NCBI RefSeq assembly: GCF_006345805.1
Contig: NC_043017.1
Location: forward strand, 1,674,001-1,738,000
Direction of reading: 5' to 3'
Source: Octopus sinensis
Lineage: Eukaryota
DNA length: 64,000 nt
The translations under genes were made by a program, and so were the position numbers. Every line of letters begins with the position of its first letter. The stretch's first letter is position 1. The notes below the pieces were generated by a model that searched no databases, was not told the DNA's origin, and saw only the letters and a program-made list of their open reading frames with translations. This document shows positions 26,325 to 38,630 of this stretch, one piece after another.

Positions 26325-26416
26325 TATATATATATAGATATATATACCGGAGTAAACACATAAATGTGAAACAAGGTGGAAAAATGAGTACTCAAATACC
26401 AGTGGTAGAGTAATGT

Positions 26417-26447
<31 letters not shown>

Positions 26448-27310
26448 ATATATATATATATATACCTACATATATATATACGCACATATACATATAGGCA
26501 TATATATATACATACATATGAGCAAACATACATGTGCACTCACACGTATATGTTTATATGTGCACATATACTTATATATGAATGAAAGTACATAGGATAT
26601 GTGTGTATATACTTGTGTGTGTTGTATGTGTATGCATGTATACATACACACACATATATATGTATATATATTAATACAAATATATACATACACACACATA
26701 TATATATGTGTAAATATATATATATATATGTGTAAATATATATATATACATACACATATATATATACACACACTCATACACATATATGTATGTATGTATG
26801 TATGTATGTACATGTGTATATAATTGTATGTACATATTTATATAAGTGTATATATATATGTATATAAGTGCAGATATATATTCTCGAGAAACGTTAATTA
26901 TTTACACTTGCATAAGTACTCAAGTTGCCTTTATTTTATAGTCTCTCCTCTCTCGCTTTGATTCCTTCTCTCACACTCTCTCACTCTCTCTATCTCTCTT
27001 CTTCTTCCTCTCCTTTAGTGTAAAATTCAATATTTATGGTAACGCAACATACCACAAGCTCCGACACACACCAGACGCACACACATACACACACACACAT
27101 AAACACTCACAAACAATTACACGCAAGATCATAAACACTGAAAAAATATATTTCCCTCACAAAAACCAGCATAGAAGAAAGCACACGTTGTAGGGTACTA
27201 CATAGCAACAGAATATCTATATATTTGTCTACGTGCATGTCTTCTGTTGTTTTTCTGCAAATTTCAACTATATATATATATGTGTTTGTGTCTGTATGTG
27301 TGTGCATATA

Positions 27311-27400
27311 TAGTTGAAATTTACAGAAAAACAAAAGACGAAGACAGGTGTCCAAACTACAAGAAGGTGTATTAGTTTGACGCTCGAGAACGTGAGAAAT
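27311..27400 (+). mobile_element. Family Y fragment (truncated before the HHR)
   Basis: agttgaaatttacagaaaaacaaaagacgaagacagg; inverted homologue at 27775-27852. Confidence 0.7.
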
Positions 27401-27504
27401 ACATATATATGTGTATGTGTGTGTGTATGCACATATATATATGCACATACACTTACGCATAAAATACTCAAGTATATATATATATATATATATAATTATA
27501 TATA

Positions 27505-27541
<37 letters not shown>

Positions 27542-27586
27542 GATATATGTATTTATACAAATGTGTTTTATGTACTTACAAGTTTA

Positions 27587-27617
<31 letters not shown>

Positions 27618-27699
27618 AGGTCCATAAGTATACACGCGTGGGCTCACATTTATATTTCCGTGTGTGCCATGAGTGACCGCTAACTCCAAAAGTATTCTT

Positions 27700-27852
27700 A
27701 CTTCTCACTGTTTACTTCCTTCTATTGTTTTCTCTTGGAGAGCGGAGGCTCGAAACGCGAAATACTTTCACACCTTCACGAGCATCAAATTAATACACCT
27801 TGTTGATTACACACCTGTCTTCGTCTTTTGTTTTTCTGAAAAATTCAACCAT
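27700..27852 (-). mobile_element. Family Y fragment with decayed HHR (27727-27763, plus strand)
   Basis: gagc-ggag-gctc gaaacgc remnant; rest is the reverse complement of 27311-27400. Confidence 0.7.
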
Positions 27853-27860
27853 ATACATGC

Positions 27861-27900
<40 letters not shown>

Positions 27901-28079
27901 ATACATATACATATATATACATATGCATAGGAAACATGACGTTTCCTATACGTACGGTTTATGGAAACAATGCATCACACACACATACGTATATATATGT
28001 ATGTATGTTTGTATGTATGTATATGCATGCATACGTGTATGTGCGTATGCATGTAAGTACACATGTATATATACAAGAT

Positions 28080-28810
28080 TGATTGAAAAGTTTTCGGACA
28101 TTTCAAGGTGACACCGGACTCGAAGATAATCCAAGCTTAAGAAAAATTTCTGTTGTGGGAGATGTGGCTTTGTGTGAAATTGTTGGTCAACAACCAAGCA
28201 CAAGCACTCGTACATTGTCGGATCAGCTTGGTCCTTCGCCAGGCTCCATGTGTAGACAAATTCATTATCACCCCCCTCCCTATGAAAAGACGGTGTTGTG
28301 AAGCTCTTTATATACTGACCAATCACGAGACAAAACAGCTCTCTAACATTTGCAAGAAACTGCTAGGAAAGACTCTCTTTTTTGTGTCGGAATAAGAGGA
28401 ATCAATGGATTCATTTTAGCGAATCTTCAGAAAATCCTCTGAAACGTAGACCTGTTGAGCTGAAGATCCTGTTTTGTGTTTGAAGGAATTACGATGGGGT
28501 GTTGAGTTTTGATTTGAACTCGGATGTCCCTGCTGTGAACGCTAAACTTTATGATCAACAACTGCAACGAGTATATTTGAAAGCCCGCTAAGCGATATCG
28601 GTCAATCGGAAACACATAATCATACATTATGACAACGCCCCAGCTCTGTCTAACAGTCCTACCATTTGCAAACGTGAGGGGCTGGAAGTCCTTCCTTAAT
28701 CTTATACAATGAAACTACCAATATTACCGAGCCATGATTAGTTTTCCGCACAGGTGAAGGTTCTTCAATGAGGATGAGGTTAAAAACCGGTACAAGGAGA
28801 TTTTGTGTAT
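28080..28810 (+). mobile_element. Decayed mariner transposase
   Basis: Peptides GD.GLEDNP, QQPSTSTRTLSDQLG, VNAKLYDQQLQRV, IIHYDNAP, RFFNEDEVK with frameshifts. Confidence 0.8.
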
Positions 28811-28844
28811 CTCAGCGTATATACGCTGTGGTGTGTGTGTGTGT

Positions 28845-29132
28845 GGAGGCGCAATGTTCTAGTGGTTAGGGCGGCGGACTCGCGGTCGGAGGATCGCGGT
28901 TTCGATTCCCAGACCGGGCGTTGTGTGTGTTTATTGAGCGAAAACACCTAAAGCTCTACGAGGCCCCGGCAGCGGGTGGTGGCAAGCCCTGTTGTACTCT
29001 GTCGCCCCTGCTTCTTGAGTAACGCTGCGATGGACTGGCGTCCCGTCCAGCTGGGAGGAACACATACGCCATAGAAACCGGGAAACCGGGCCCATGAGCC
29101 TGGCTAGGCTTGAAAAGGGCGCATAAATAAAT
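28845..29132 (+). mobile_element. tRNA-derived SINE family C, full length
   Basis: ggaggcgcaat..tagtggttagg A-box, ggtttcgattccc B-box, gcgatggactggcgtcccgtccag core, ataaataaata tail. Confidence 0.85.
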
Positions 29133-29435
29133 AGAATAATTGTGTATATATATATAATATATATATATATATATTATATATATATATATATTATATATAT
29201 ATATATATTTCTGTTACGTTTTTGGTCCCCTAAAGAAAATGGATAGAACATGCTTTCTGTGTTATGTCCCAAGAAGATTTTATATATTTTTATATATTTT
29301 TATATATTTTTATGTATTTTTATATAATTTTTATGACGAAAAATGCGAGCGATGTATATACGCAGCAAGCATAGTTATAACAGAGTAATTTCCCTTCATT
29401 TTTAACGGTATTTTTTCATAACGTTTTCAATAGCC

Positions 29436-29495
29436 AGATAACCGAAGAGATGGGTGTGGATTTCCACTTCGGCATCTGAAACTCAGATTTTATCT
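29436..29495 (+). ncRNA. Type-I hammerhead-like motif, CCGA core
   Basis: AGAUAA CCGAAGA GAUG..GUGGA/UCCAC..CAUC u GAA acucagau u UUAUCU; 6-bp stem I, stem III poor. Confidence 0.5.
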
Positions 29496-30689
29496 TACTA
29501 CCGAGTAATGTAACATATTGTATAGATATATATATATATAATATATATATATTATATATATATATATAATATATATATTATATATATATATATATAATTA
29601 TATGTATATATATACATTAAACACACACACACATACATATATATGTATACACAAAAATATAGATATATACTCCAGTATTGGTGTATGCATAAATACTTAC
29701 ATATGGATGATTCCTGTTGTAAATATACATACGTACGCATTCATATGCGCTCATGATCGTGTATGTGTATATATTTGTATATTTACTGTAGTTTATGTTC
29801 ATGTGTCTGTTATTTTGGCTGTAATGAATAGTTGTGGCTGTTGCTGTTGGTGTTGTTGGTGTTGTTGTTGTTGTTTGTGGTAGTGGTGGTGGTGGTGGTG
29901 GTGGTGGTGGTGTTGGTGGTGGTGGTGGTGGTTGTATTAGTCCTAGTAATGTTCGTTGTGCTGTTCTGGTGGTGGCAGTGGTCGTGGTGATGGTCATGTG
30001 CTGTACGTTATAATTGCAGGAGCAGTTACAACAGAAACGGTGAGGAAGCTGCTAATAAACAGTAAACATTTTGTAATTACAAGAAACGACATTAAAATTT
30101 GAAATCGATGTAAACAAACTACATCATCAATATTTAATCATACTCTCTAATTAACAGGAAAGTCGTCTCTGTCTGCTGACATACAAGTTGGGGGTTGGTT
30201 GGCTGCTTTGTTTTTCTATATTTTTTCTTATTTATACTTGTCTTATATACGTGCATGAACATCACAACATCTCCATGATAATTCTTGTTGTGTACCAGCT
30301 GTTTGTTCATTATTAAGACGTTTCTGTTATTTCTATATCTAGAGAAAGCCATGTGACGAGTGGTTATTCACGACTTGTGCCTTCTTAAGACTTGTTTCAA
30401 ACTGGACATTGGCATGTATGCTGCCCAACATATCCAAGGACGCCACCGCTAATCTATGCATGATGTAGTTGTATCTGTAGTGGCTTCAATGCGATCTTTT
30501 GCCCGATGGATAGGCCTGCAATAGTGTTCAGACGGTCCTGAATATAACTTGAATAATGAGATAATTAACCACAAAATCTGACACATCTTCGCCTATTTTA
30601 ATTATACTGACACACAAGATCCAGTCGGCAGGTATATTCAGTTGCTAATATGTCTGCACATCGATGTTAAAACAGATAAACAGTTCGCT

Positions 30690-31190
30690 TGAAAAAGTAT
30701 AATATACAAGGCATTGAACTTTTAAACTCAAACCAAGCGATAACAGTGGAGATCTACTGCGAGCAGCTTGAGCGGTTTAAGTCAGCGCTAGAAGTAAAAC
30801 AACCATCTTTGGTTTCAAGATGAAACGTGCTCTTCCATGAGGATAATACTCGGTCACATACAGCTAGGATGACATTCCAAAGGCTGGAGCAGGTTGAATA
30901 GGAAACGATGCCCCACCCACCATATTCGCTGGACAATATCCCATCTCATTATCATTAATTCTACAATCTTCAAAATCACTAGGGCGAAAAACATATCAAT
31001 TCTGTAGACGAGGTCAGAACAGTAGTTGAAGAGTATTTTTCATCACAGGAAAATATATTTTGGAAGAGGAGCCTCGTACGTTTACCACATAGATGGAAAT
31101 TCATTGTAGGAAATGAAGGTGGATATATTTTAGATTAAAAAAGAAATTTATCTCAATTTGAAAAACAAAGGAACTATAAAAATGCATTAT
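30690..31190 (+). mobile_element. Decayed mariner (DD34D-type) transposase C-terminus
   Basis: IYCEQLERFK..LFHEDNTRSHTA..PHPPYSLDNIPSHYH..LPHRWKFIVGNEGGYILD*; 34 residues from D to the third catalytic position (now H). Confidence 0.9.
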
Positions 31191-31789
31191 ACACATAGCC
31201 TTTGACTTGTGCTAGTTTGCTTTACGTGGGATATGCATTTGTCATGAATCATCACCCGACGTAGATGTCATATATAAGCTCCATATTATTGTCAATATAT
31301 GTCTCAGATTGTCAATAGTAACTGTGTAGCGTTATGTTGATAAATCTTAAATATTGATATTGAGAATAATTGTTAAATATTTCGTAGGGTATGTTACTGA
31401 AGAGATCACGAATGGTGACGAAAGCGATTAAACAAAACTAGCTGCGTGATTGATTGTCTGAACAATTAAACAAAGAATCAATTACTTAATTGGTTAAATG
31501 GTTAACTATTTATCAAATTAAAATAATTAATTGATATAGAACAATTGCCTCTGGTATTTATTGGCATAAAGACCCACCAGAGATACAACAATATCGTCGA
31601 ATGTTATAATATAATCTCCATGTTAATATCAACTGATCGTCGAGATTATATATAATATATCTCTATTTTCTTGTCATCAAATATTCGAGTTTATAAATGA
31701 TAAACCCATGTTGTCAGCAAGTGTCCGGGTTTATAAATACAAGCGACATATCAAGTTTCCGGTGCAATGGACATATTCACCATATTATT

Positions 31790-31900
31790 ATGTTTTACAA
31801 TCTGGTACTTAGTTTATCCGTTCGTTTTGCCGAACAGCTAAGTTATGGGTATGTAAACACACCAATTCTGGTTGCCAAGCAGGGACGCCGACTGACACAA
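31790..31900 (-). mobile_element. SINE family B 3' part
   Basis: ttttgccgaacagctaagtta..gtaaacacacca. Confidence 0.75.
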
Positions 31901-32332
31901 TAAGACACACAAACACTCACGCGCGCGCACACACACACACACATGCACACACACACACACACGCACACACATATATACACGTGAGAACGTGAGTTCGATT
32001 CCCCATACAGACACTCATTCAGTTTTATATTCTATAAGAAATTAGTACTACACAGAGAAAGCATTCTTCTTTAAACCACCAGAGTTCTACTGTGACTCAA
32101 CCAACCAACCGCTGAACTACCGTCTGCCGTTGGTGAAATCCCACCCTGATCAGCCGCTAGTCAAATTATTTTAATGAAACATAGGACTTGGAAAACAAAT
32201 GACAGTATCTAGTATAACCAGATATGAAAATAAGAGCAATAAGGAAGCTGAAAGGAAGAACGAATATATGGTGCGTGTGTTTACTCGGCAAAGGAAATGG
32301 TCTATGTATATATGTATGTGTGTATGTGTGTG

Positions 32333-32442
<110 letters not shown>

Positions 32443-32501
32443 TATATACACATATATATGTATAAATATATACGAGAAAGAAGCAACAAGAATGGATAGG
32501 T

Positions 32502-32592
32502 TTTTAGTACAATCGTTTCATACAAGGACAGGCTTTATTAAAAGTTGCAAAAATTACAGCATATAAACGTGTCCCGTACTCATCAGCTAAAA
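32502..32592 (-). ncRNA. Type-I hammerhead, best conserved long-loop example
   Basis: UUUUAG CUGAUGA GUACGGGACA-loop-UGUCC(U)UGUAU GAA AC-gauu-GU A CUAAAA; 6-bp stem I, ~10-bp stem II, intact core, GUA site. Confidence 0.8.
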
Positions 32593-33492
32593 TAAATGTG
32601 AGTTCTCTAGACATCCTAGTGGTTGAGGCTATACTCATGAAGTAATGTAGATAATTAAGTAACATAAACAGATTTCCAAAGTTCATTAAAGTTCTTAAAG
32701 ATGATGTACAGTCTTATCACAGAATTTTAAAAAAGTTTTAATAGCATCACAGAGAAGGTGATCTAATCCATAGTGCACATATGAATTTCCAGAGATATGA
32801 TGAGGGATTACATACTCACAGAAGACAAATTTATCCATTGTTAATCACAACGAGGTGGGTCTCAATTCCTGCTTATTAGCATTACAGAGAGGGTGAATTA
32901 ATCCTTTGTATAGAAGCACAATTTCCAATGGTGTAGATGTAAATTTCCAGAGAAATGAAGAGGAATTTCATATTCACAGGCGACAAATTTATCAATGGTT
33001 GAACACAATGAGGTAGGTATCAATTCTTGTTATATGATTAGGTATTTGCCACATTAATCACATTACTGCTATTTACAAGAGGCTGTAGCTATTTAACTTT
33101 TAAAGGCTGAAGGGCTTTCTAGAGAGGCAAAGAACAGAAAAAGGGGAAGGGAAGAGAAGAAAAGAGAGAAAATAAAGGAGGAGGGAGCAAAAAAGGGGGG
33201 GAAGGGGACTAAAAGAGAAGAGAAAAGGAAAAAGAGAATAAGAAGAAGAAAAAGAAAAAAGAGAAAAGAGAAAGAAATAGGGAAAGAAGGGAAAAAAGAA
33301 AAAGAAAAAAAGAGGGTTCTAGTTATACAGAAGAATTAGTAGACGGCAAGTCTGGTTTTAATTTACAGGCATCTAGGAACTAGAGGAGAATATTATTCTT
33401 TGACCAGTAAAACAGCTAATTTATTGCTGTTGAAATCAGCTATGAATTTAAAGAGAATCTAAAGAGATAACACAGTCAGGGGTTATAAATAT

Positions 33493-33773
33493 ATAGAGTA
33501 AGAGCCAGATTTAAAAATAAGTATCTGTGTGGTTGTATTCCAAGCGGTGGCCCAGTGTGTCTGCAATCCAATGAATGAAACAAGTAAACGAAGATAAAAT
33601 TATATTTTACTCACACACAAACACACACACACATATTTATACATACATGTATAAATATATATATATATATAATATATATATATACATATATATATATATA
33701 CATACATACACACATACACAAAAGATCTGTCGAGGTACATATATATATATATATAATATATATATATATATAT

Positions 33774-33807
<34 letters not shown>

Positions 33808-34080
33808 GTTATATATATATATGTATATGTATATGTATGTATGCACACTCGCACACCCACACTCTTGAAACCCCGTAGCGGTTTATTTATGTTCTCGTAA
33901 TGTAGCAGTACAGCAAAAGCGACCGATAGAGTAAGAGCCAGATTTAAAAATAAGTATCTGTGTGGTTGTATTCCAAGCGGTGGCCCAGTGTGTCTGCAAT
34001 CCAATGAATGAAACAAGTAAACGAAGATAAAATTATATTTTACTCACACACAAACACACACACACATATTTATACATACA
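33493..34080 (+). repeat. Perfect 155-bp direct duplication (33493-33647 = 33926-34080) of a decayed SINE-B tail
   Basis: Identical by eye, offset 433 bp, separated by (AT)n. Confidence 0.92.
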
Positions 34081-34539
34081 CACAGTGTTACATTATATTA
34101 TCGTTATAATTTCAATATCCATATGAATTTTTGTCTCTTTTCCAATATTTTTCTTATATCTTTCTGCATGTAAATTTCACAGTTGTTATCTCCAAACCTT
34201 GAATCGTTATTTCATTTAACTGCTCCATTCTTTATTTTTTATATTTCACTGCAAGTTTGTTGTCATAGCTGTTGACCGTTATCGCGAACATCAGATCTTT
34301 ATTTAGTTGCTATCAACGTTTGTTTCAACTGTTTTATCACATCAATATCTTGTTTACTCTTATCTATTCTATCACACAACTTCATTGTTCTTTCAGCTAT
34401 TATCTCTTACCTCCACATTAGATCGTTTCATAATTGTTATCAATGTAACTTTTGTTGCCTAGATACACCTATGCATATTTTTATCACTGCTTTAACTATA
34501 ATTTGTCATCATTCGTCAACTTCATCTTTAAAACCGTAT

Positions 34540-34641
<102 letters not shown>

Positions 34642-35041
34642 CGCTACAGTCGATCTTTTAGTTAAATTTATATCTATACGGAATTATCTTCTGGAATGTT
34701 AATTTGATTGACTTACTAGTCACGCCTTTATTAAAGTCAAATCTTTATTAAACATCATTATCGGTGAGTTCGCTATTGGGTGACGACACAAGCCCGGTGT
34801 AATTTAATGAAGGGCAACTCTGCATATAGTTGTGAAAAATGAGAGAACAATTCACTGACACAGGTGTATATATCACGCTTACCATTATACATAAGTATAT
34901 TCTGTATGCGTGTATGTAAATGTATATACCTATATATATTAATGTGTGTAGATTGATATATATATACACACACACACACATATATGTATATATAAGAATA
35001 CATACGTACCACACACAATCACTCACACGTAAACATGTATG

Positions 35042-35074
<33 letters not shown>

Positions 35075-35137
35075 ATATATTATATATATATTTCGCAATG
35101 AGATAAAAAATCAATTTAGAACATTTATTAATAGAAG

Positions 35138-35185
35138 GTCTTACAGCTGTTTCTAGGTTATTTATTATATCCGTTCATCGGAGAC
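35138..35185 (-). ncRNA. Type-I hammerhead, CCGA core, palindromic stem III
   Basis: GUCU CCGAUGA acgg..ccua GAA ACAGCUGU A AGAC. Confidence 0.68.
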
Positions 35186-35264
35186 GGTGTGAGAAGATGG
35201 TTAAGCGAAATTTAATTTAGATAAGATACGAAATAGAGAGTTTCACCATTACATCTCATAACCT

Positions 35265-35342
<78 letters not shown>

Positions 35343-35364
35343 TACTTAAACAAGTAAGTTATTG

Positions 35365-35453
35365 ACGGCGACTTCCAAGTTTCGATCATTTAAACGATCG
35401 TCGGACTGCACTTCAAAGATGGCTTAACTGGCCGAACATTCGAAGTCACTGTC
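35365..35453. ncRNA. Back-to-back pair of hammerhead-like motifs
   Basis: Minus 35409-35365: gcagu CCGACGA ucguuuaaaugauc GAA ACUU-gg-AAGU C gccgu; plus ~35412-35453: degenerate core, GGCU/GGCC, gaac auucgaagu C acuguc. Confidence 0.5.
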
Positions 35454-35892
35454 GATAATATTCTTGTTCAAGAATAAAAAATTTGTACTCTAAAAGTGTA
35501 AAGGGTAACGCATCAGATTAATGAAATATGTGTGTGTGTGCGTACGTGCGTGTGTGTGTATGTATGTATATGTGTGTATATAAATCTCAGAGGGATATCC
35601 AAGATTAGACTGGCTGAATACCTTATAATATAGGCACACACGCACACACACGTACACACACACACAGGCACACACACACACACATACATATATATATATA
35701 TTATAAAAACCAAGAGGGAAGATGAGATAGATTAATCAAAATTTATTAATACATTGACAAAACCTAATCTTATAATGGTTTTTATTAATCTTATCTCCAT
35801 CGTCTCTCTTGATTTACACCCACACCCACCCACACACACACACACACATACGTGTGTGAGTGTCTATACATATATATAACTGAAGTTACTGA

Positions 35893-36073
35893 GGCGAGTT
35901 GTCAGAATCGTCATTGTTTAGTGACATTTTGTCCCTCTGTATGTTCTGAGTTCAAATTTCACCGAGGTCGACTTTGTGATAAAAAATAAAGTAACAGTTG
36001 ATCGCTGGGGTCGATGTAATTCACTTAACCCTCTCCCGAAATTGCTGGCCTTGTGCCAAAATTCGAAACCATT
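35893..36073 (+). mobile_element. SINE family A with deletions
   Basis: ttctgagttcaaatttcaccgaggtcgacttt..attgctggccttgtgcc tail. Confidence 0.85.
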
Positions 36074-36844
36074 ATAACTGAACATAAAAACAAGCACGAA
36101 CATATACGCATATGAAATCAAACATACATACATAGCCCACCATATGTGTATGTGTGTATGTGTGTGTGTGTGTGCTTATAATAATGTGGCTATATTCTCG
36201 AAAACTATAAGACTACAGTATTTGTCTGGAATTGTCTTGATTTATTATCTCTCGTAGACGTAGTGCTAATAGACACAAACATTTATCAGTAACAAACAAA
36301 AGGTGTCCAGAAACAATGGTGAACTTGCGATTTTCTGATTTCTCTGTCCTTGTCGGTCATCAGTAACAATTATTAACATTCAGCCATATGTCCAATCACA
36401 TTTTGCTTCTACTTCTATAGAAAAGCAGTTATTAATAGATAACTGGTTTTACTAATAGCTAGCTGCTCGGCTGCGTTATAATTCAATATTAGCGTTTGAT
36501 ACAGTATTGGTTGAACTAGCATTCTGTATGAGTTATTTAACGTGGGTATCCTACCGAAAGCTACAGAACTGCAGCATTCGTCTTCAGAATGCTACTTCTG
36601 GAGACGTATAGACCTACAAAGCACAGAAATGTATCAATAACAGAAGAAAATTGTCCAACACCAAGTATCCACTATGAACCGCATTCTTAGGTACATCTTC
36701 TACTGATATATGGAAAAATTTCACCGCCAGAGGAATTTATGGCTGCAAACAGGAACTTGACATGAACGAGGCAAAAGCAAAAAAAAAAGAAGATTCTGAA
36801 ATCATTACAATATTTATTTTCTAGAATACTTATTTTCTTAGACT

Positions 36845-38630
36845 ACTAAAATGACTGCAGAGACGCTTCCAAAACTCAAGGAACACTAGATGTGGTATAT
36901 ACCAATGTAGAAACAGATTACATTCCATTTGATATTAACAAAATAGCAAAATTGCATACTGCAAAGTAAGATGGTACAGTATGGAAATTGATAAACACAC
37001 TAACTGGAAGTAAATTTAAGCCCTCCATCAGGCTTAAGGGTGGTTCCTCTGAGAAGCACAAGACCAACTGGTTTGACCACTTTCTGAAACTTCTTGGAGA
37101 AACACTACAAACTAGCGATCTTCAGCTTCCTCTACACCAAATATCGACACCTTTTTCACATTGAATGAGCTCAAAGTAGCTCTAAGTAGTTTCGCTAACA
37201 ATAAATCTCAAGGATTCGATAACATAGCAATATTACTATGGAAAGATGCAATATTTCATGAAACCATACTAAATTTCTGTAACGACACATATGCACATCA
37301 GCTTGGTGGAAAGGTGGAAATGCCCCTGTACCCCCCAAAAGATGATCTAACAAGTGCAGAAAATTACAGACGCATTAACGTGATCCAATTGCAGCAAAAG
37401 TTTATAACGATCTTCTCCTTAATAGGATTGTACCTATGCTCGATCCACTTCTTCCTAAGAACCAGAATGGATTAAGAAGGGGCTGGTCAGCAACTGCTGA
37501 AATCATTTCCATCCGTCGCATGCTGGAAGAATTGAAATAGTTTAACAAGAGTGCCACAAGCTGTTTTGTTGACTTTCGCAAAGCATTTGATTCCATCATC
37601 ACAGATCTTATATTTAAAATCATTGCAATCTATGGTATTGTTGATGCTTTCAGAGTGCTGTACATAAACCCCACTGACACAGTTATATCTCCTGATGGAG
37701 TTACTGATTTCTTAGAAGTTGAATCAGGGTGTTCTGCAGGGTGTCAGACTCGCTCGTTTCTTGTACATCATTGTTCTCGACTATAATCTTCGCACTTCCT
37801 ATGGAGGAAAAGGGACCTTCTGAAACCCCGCCAGAGCGGTCGCCATTGTGCGCAATATTTAACTGATCTTGACTTTGCTGACGATCTTGCTTTGATCTCC
37901 CATTGTATTAATCATACAGAACCTTTGTTGAGCACTGGAGAAAGCAGCAAACCAGGTCGGTTTTTACTGCAACGAGAGTAAGACCAAGTTTATCACGACT
38001 TCCTCCAAGTTAACTGAACTTAAATTGCTCAATAATATCTCAATCAAAAACGTTGGTGACTTTAAATATCTTGGATCATAAATAATAGACTCCCAAAAGG
38101 ACTTTCGCATCTCCAAAGCTCTTGCTTGGGATTCGTGTAACAGACTTGATAAGATCTGGCACTCAAACCTTCCACCCACGTTAACAGTTAAGATATTTGG
38201 AACAGGGATTGAGCCGGTCCCCGTCTATGAGTCAGAGGCCTGGACCTTATCGGCTCTCTTAGAAAAACAACTAGATGGAACATATACCAAACTGCTCAGA
38301 AAGATACAGAACATCAGTTGGAGATCACACCGAACACTTATTAACTTCTACGGAAATCTGATACCAGCGTCACTCAAGCTAAAGCAGAAATGGCTACAAT
38401 GTGTTGGCCACCACCATCGAGCAGAGAAAGAGGTTATCTTATCTCTGCTCCTATCTCTGCTCCTCTGGAAGTTTTTTCTCCAGGAAACCGACATATCCAG
38501 ATACCATATCTCGGGACTCAGCGATGTATATTAGAGATCTGAACACAGCAATGCAGGACCGTGTAGTGTGGAAAGAGTTTGTCAATGGAATCCCGAACAA
38601 CCACAGATTGCTCTGAAGATGATTATGATG
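36845..38630 (+). mobile_element. 5'-truncated RTE-clade LINE (reverse transcriptase pseudogene) with (GAT)n tail
   Basis: Frameshifted peptides WFDHF, NYRRI, FVDFRKAFDS, GVLQG, LTDLDFADDLAL, FKYLGS, ESEAWTL, QDRVVWK; tail gaagatgattatgatgatga. Confidence 0.92.

Noticed and set aside
30020-30039. 20-nt microexon-like ttgcag..gtgagg
   Set aside because: Weak polypyrimidine tract, frame-shifting length, expected by chance
4547-32010. tRNA genes at 4547, 28845 and ~31985
   Set aside because: A/B boxes present but no closing acceptor stem; they continue into SINE bodies, so they are SINE heads
36340-36600. CTGATGA and CTGAAGA on the minus strand
   Set aside because: No stem I and no properly placed GAAA
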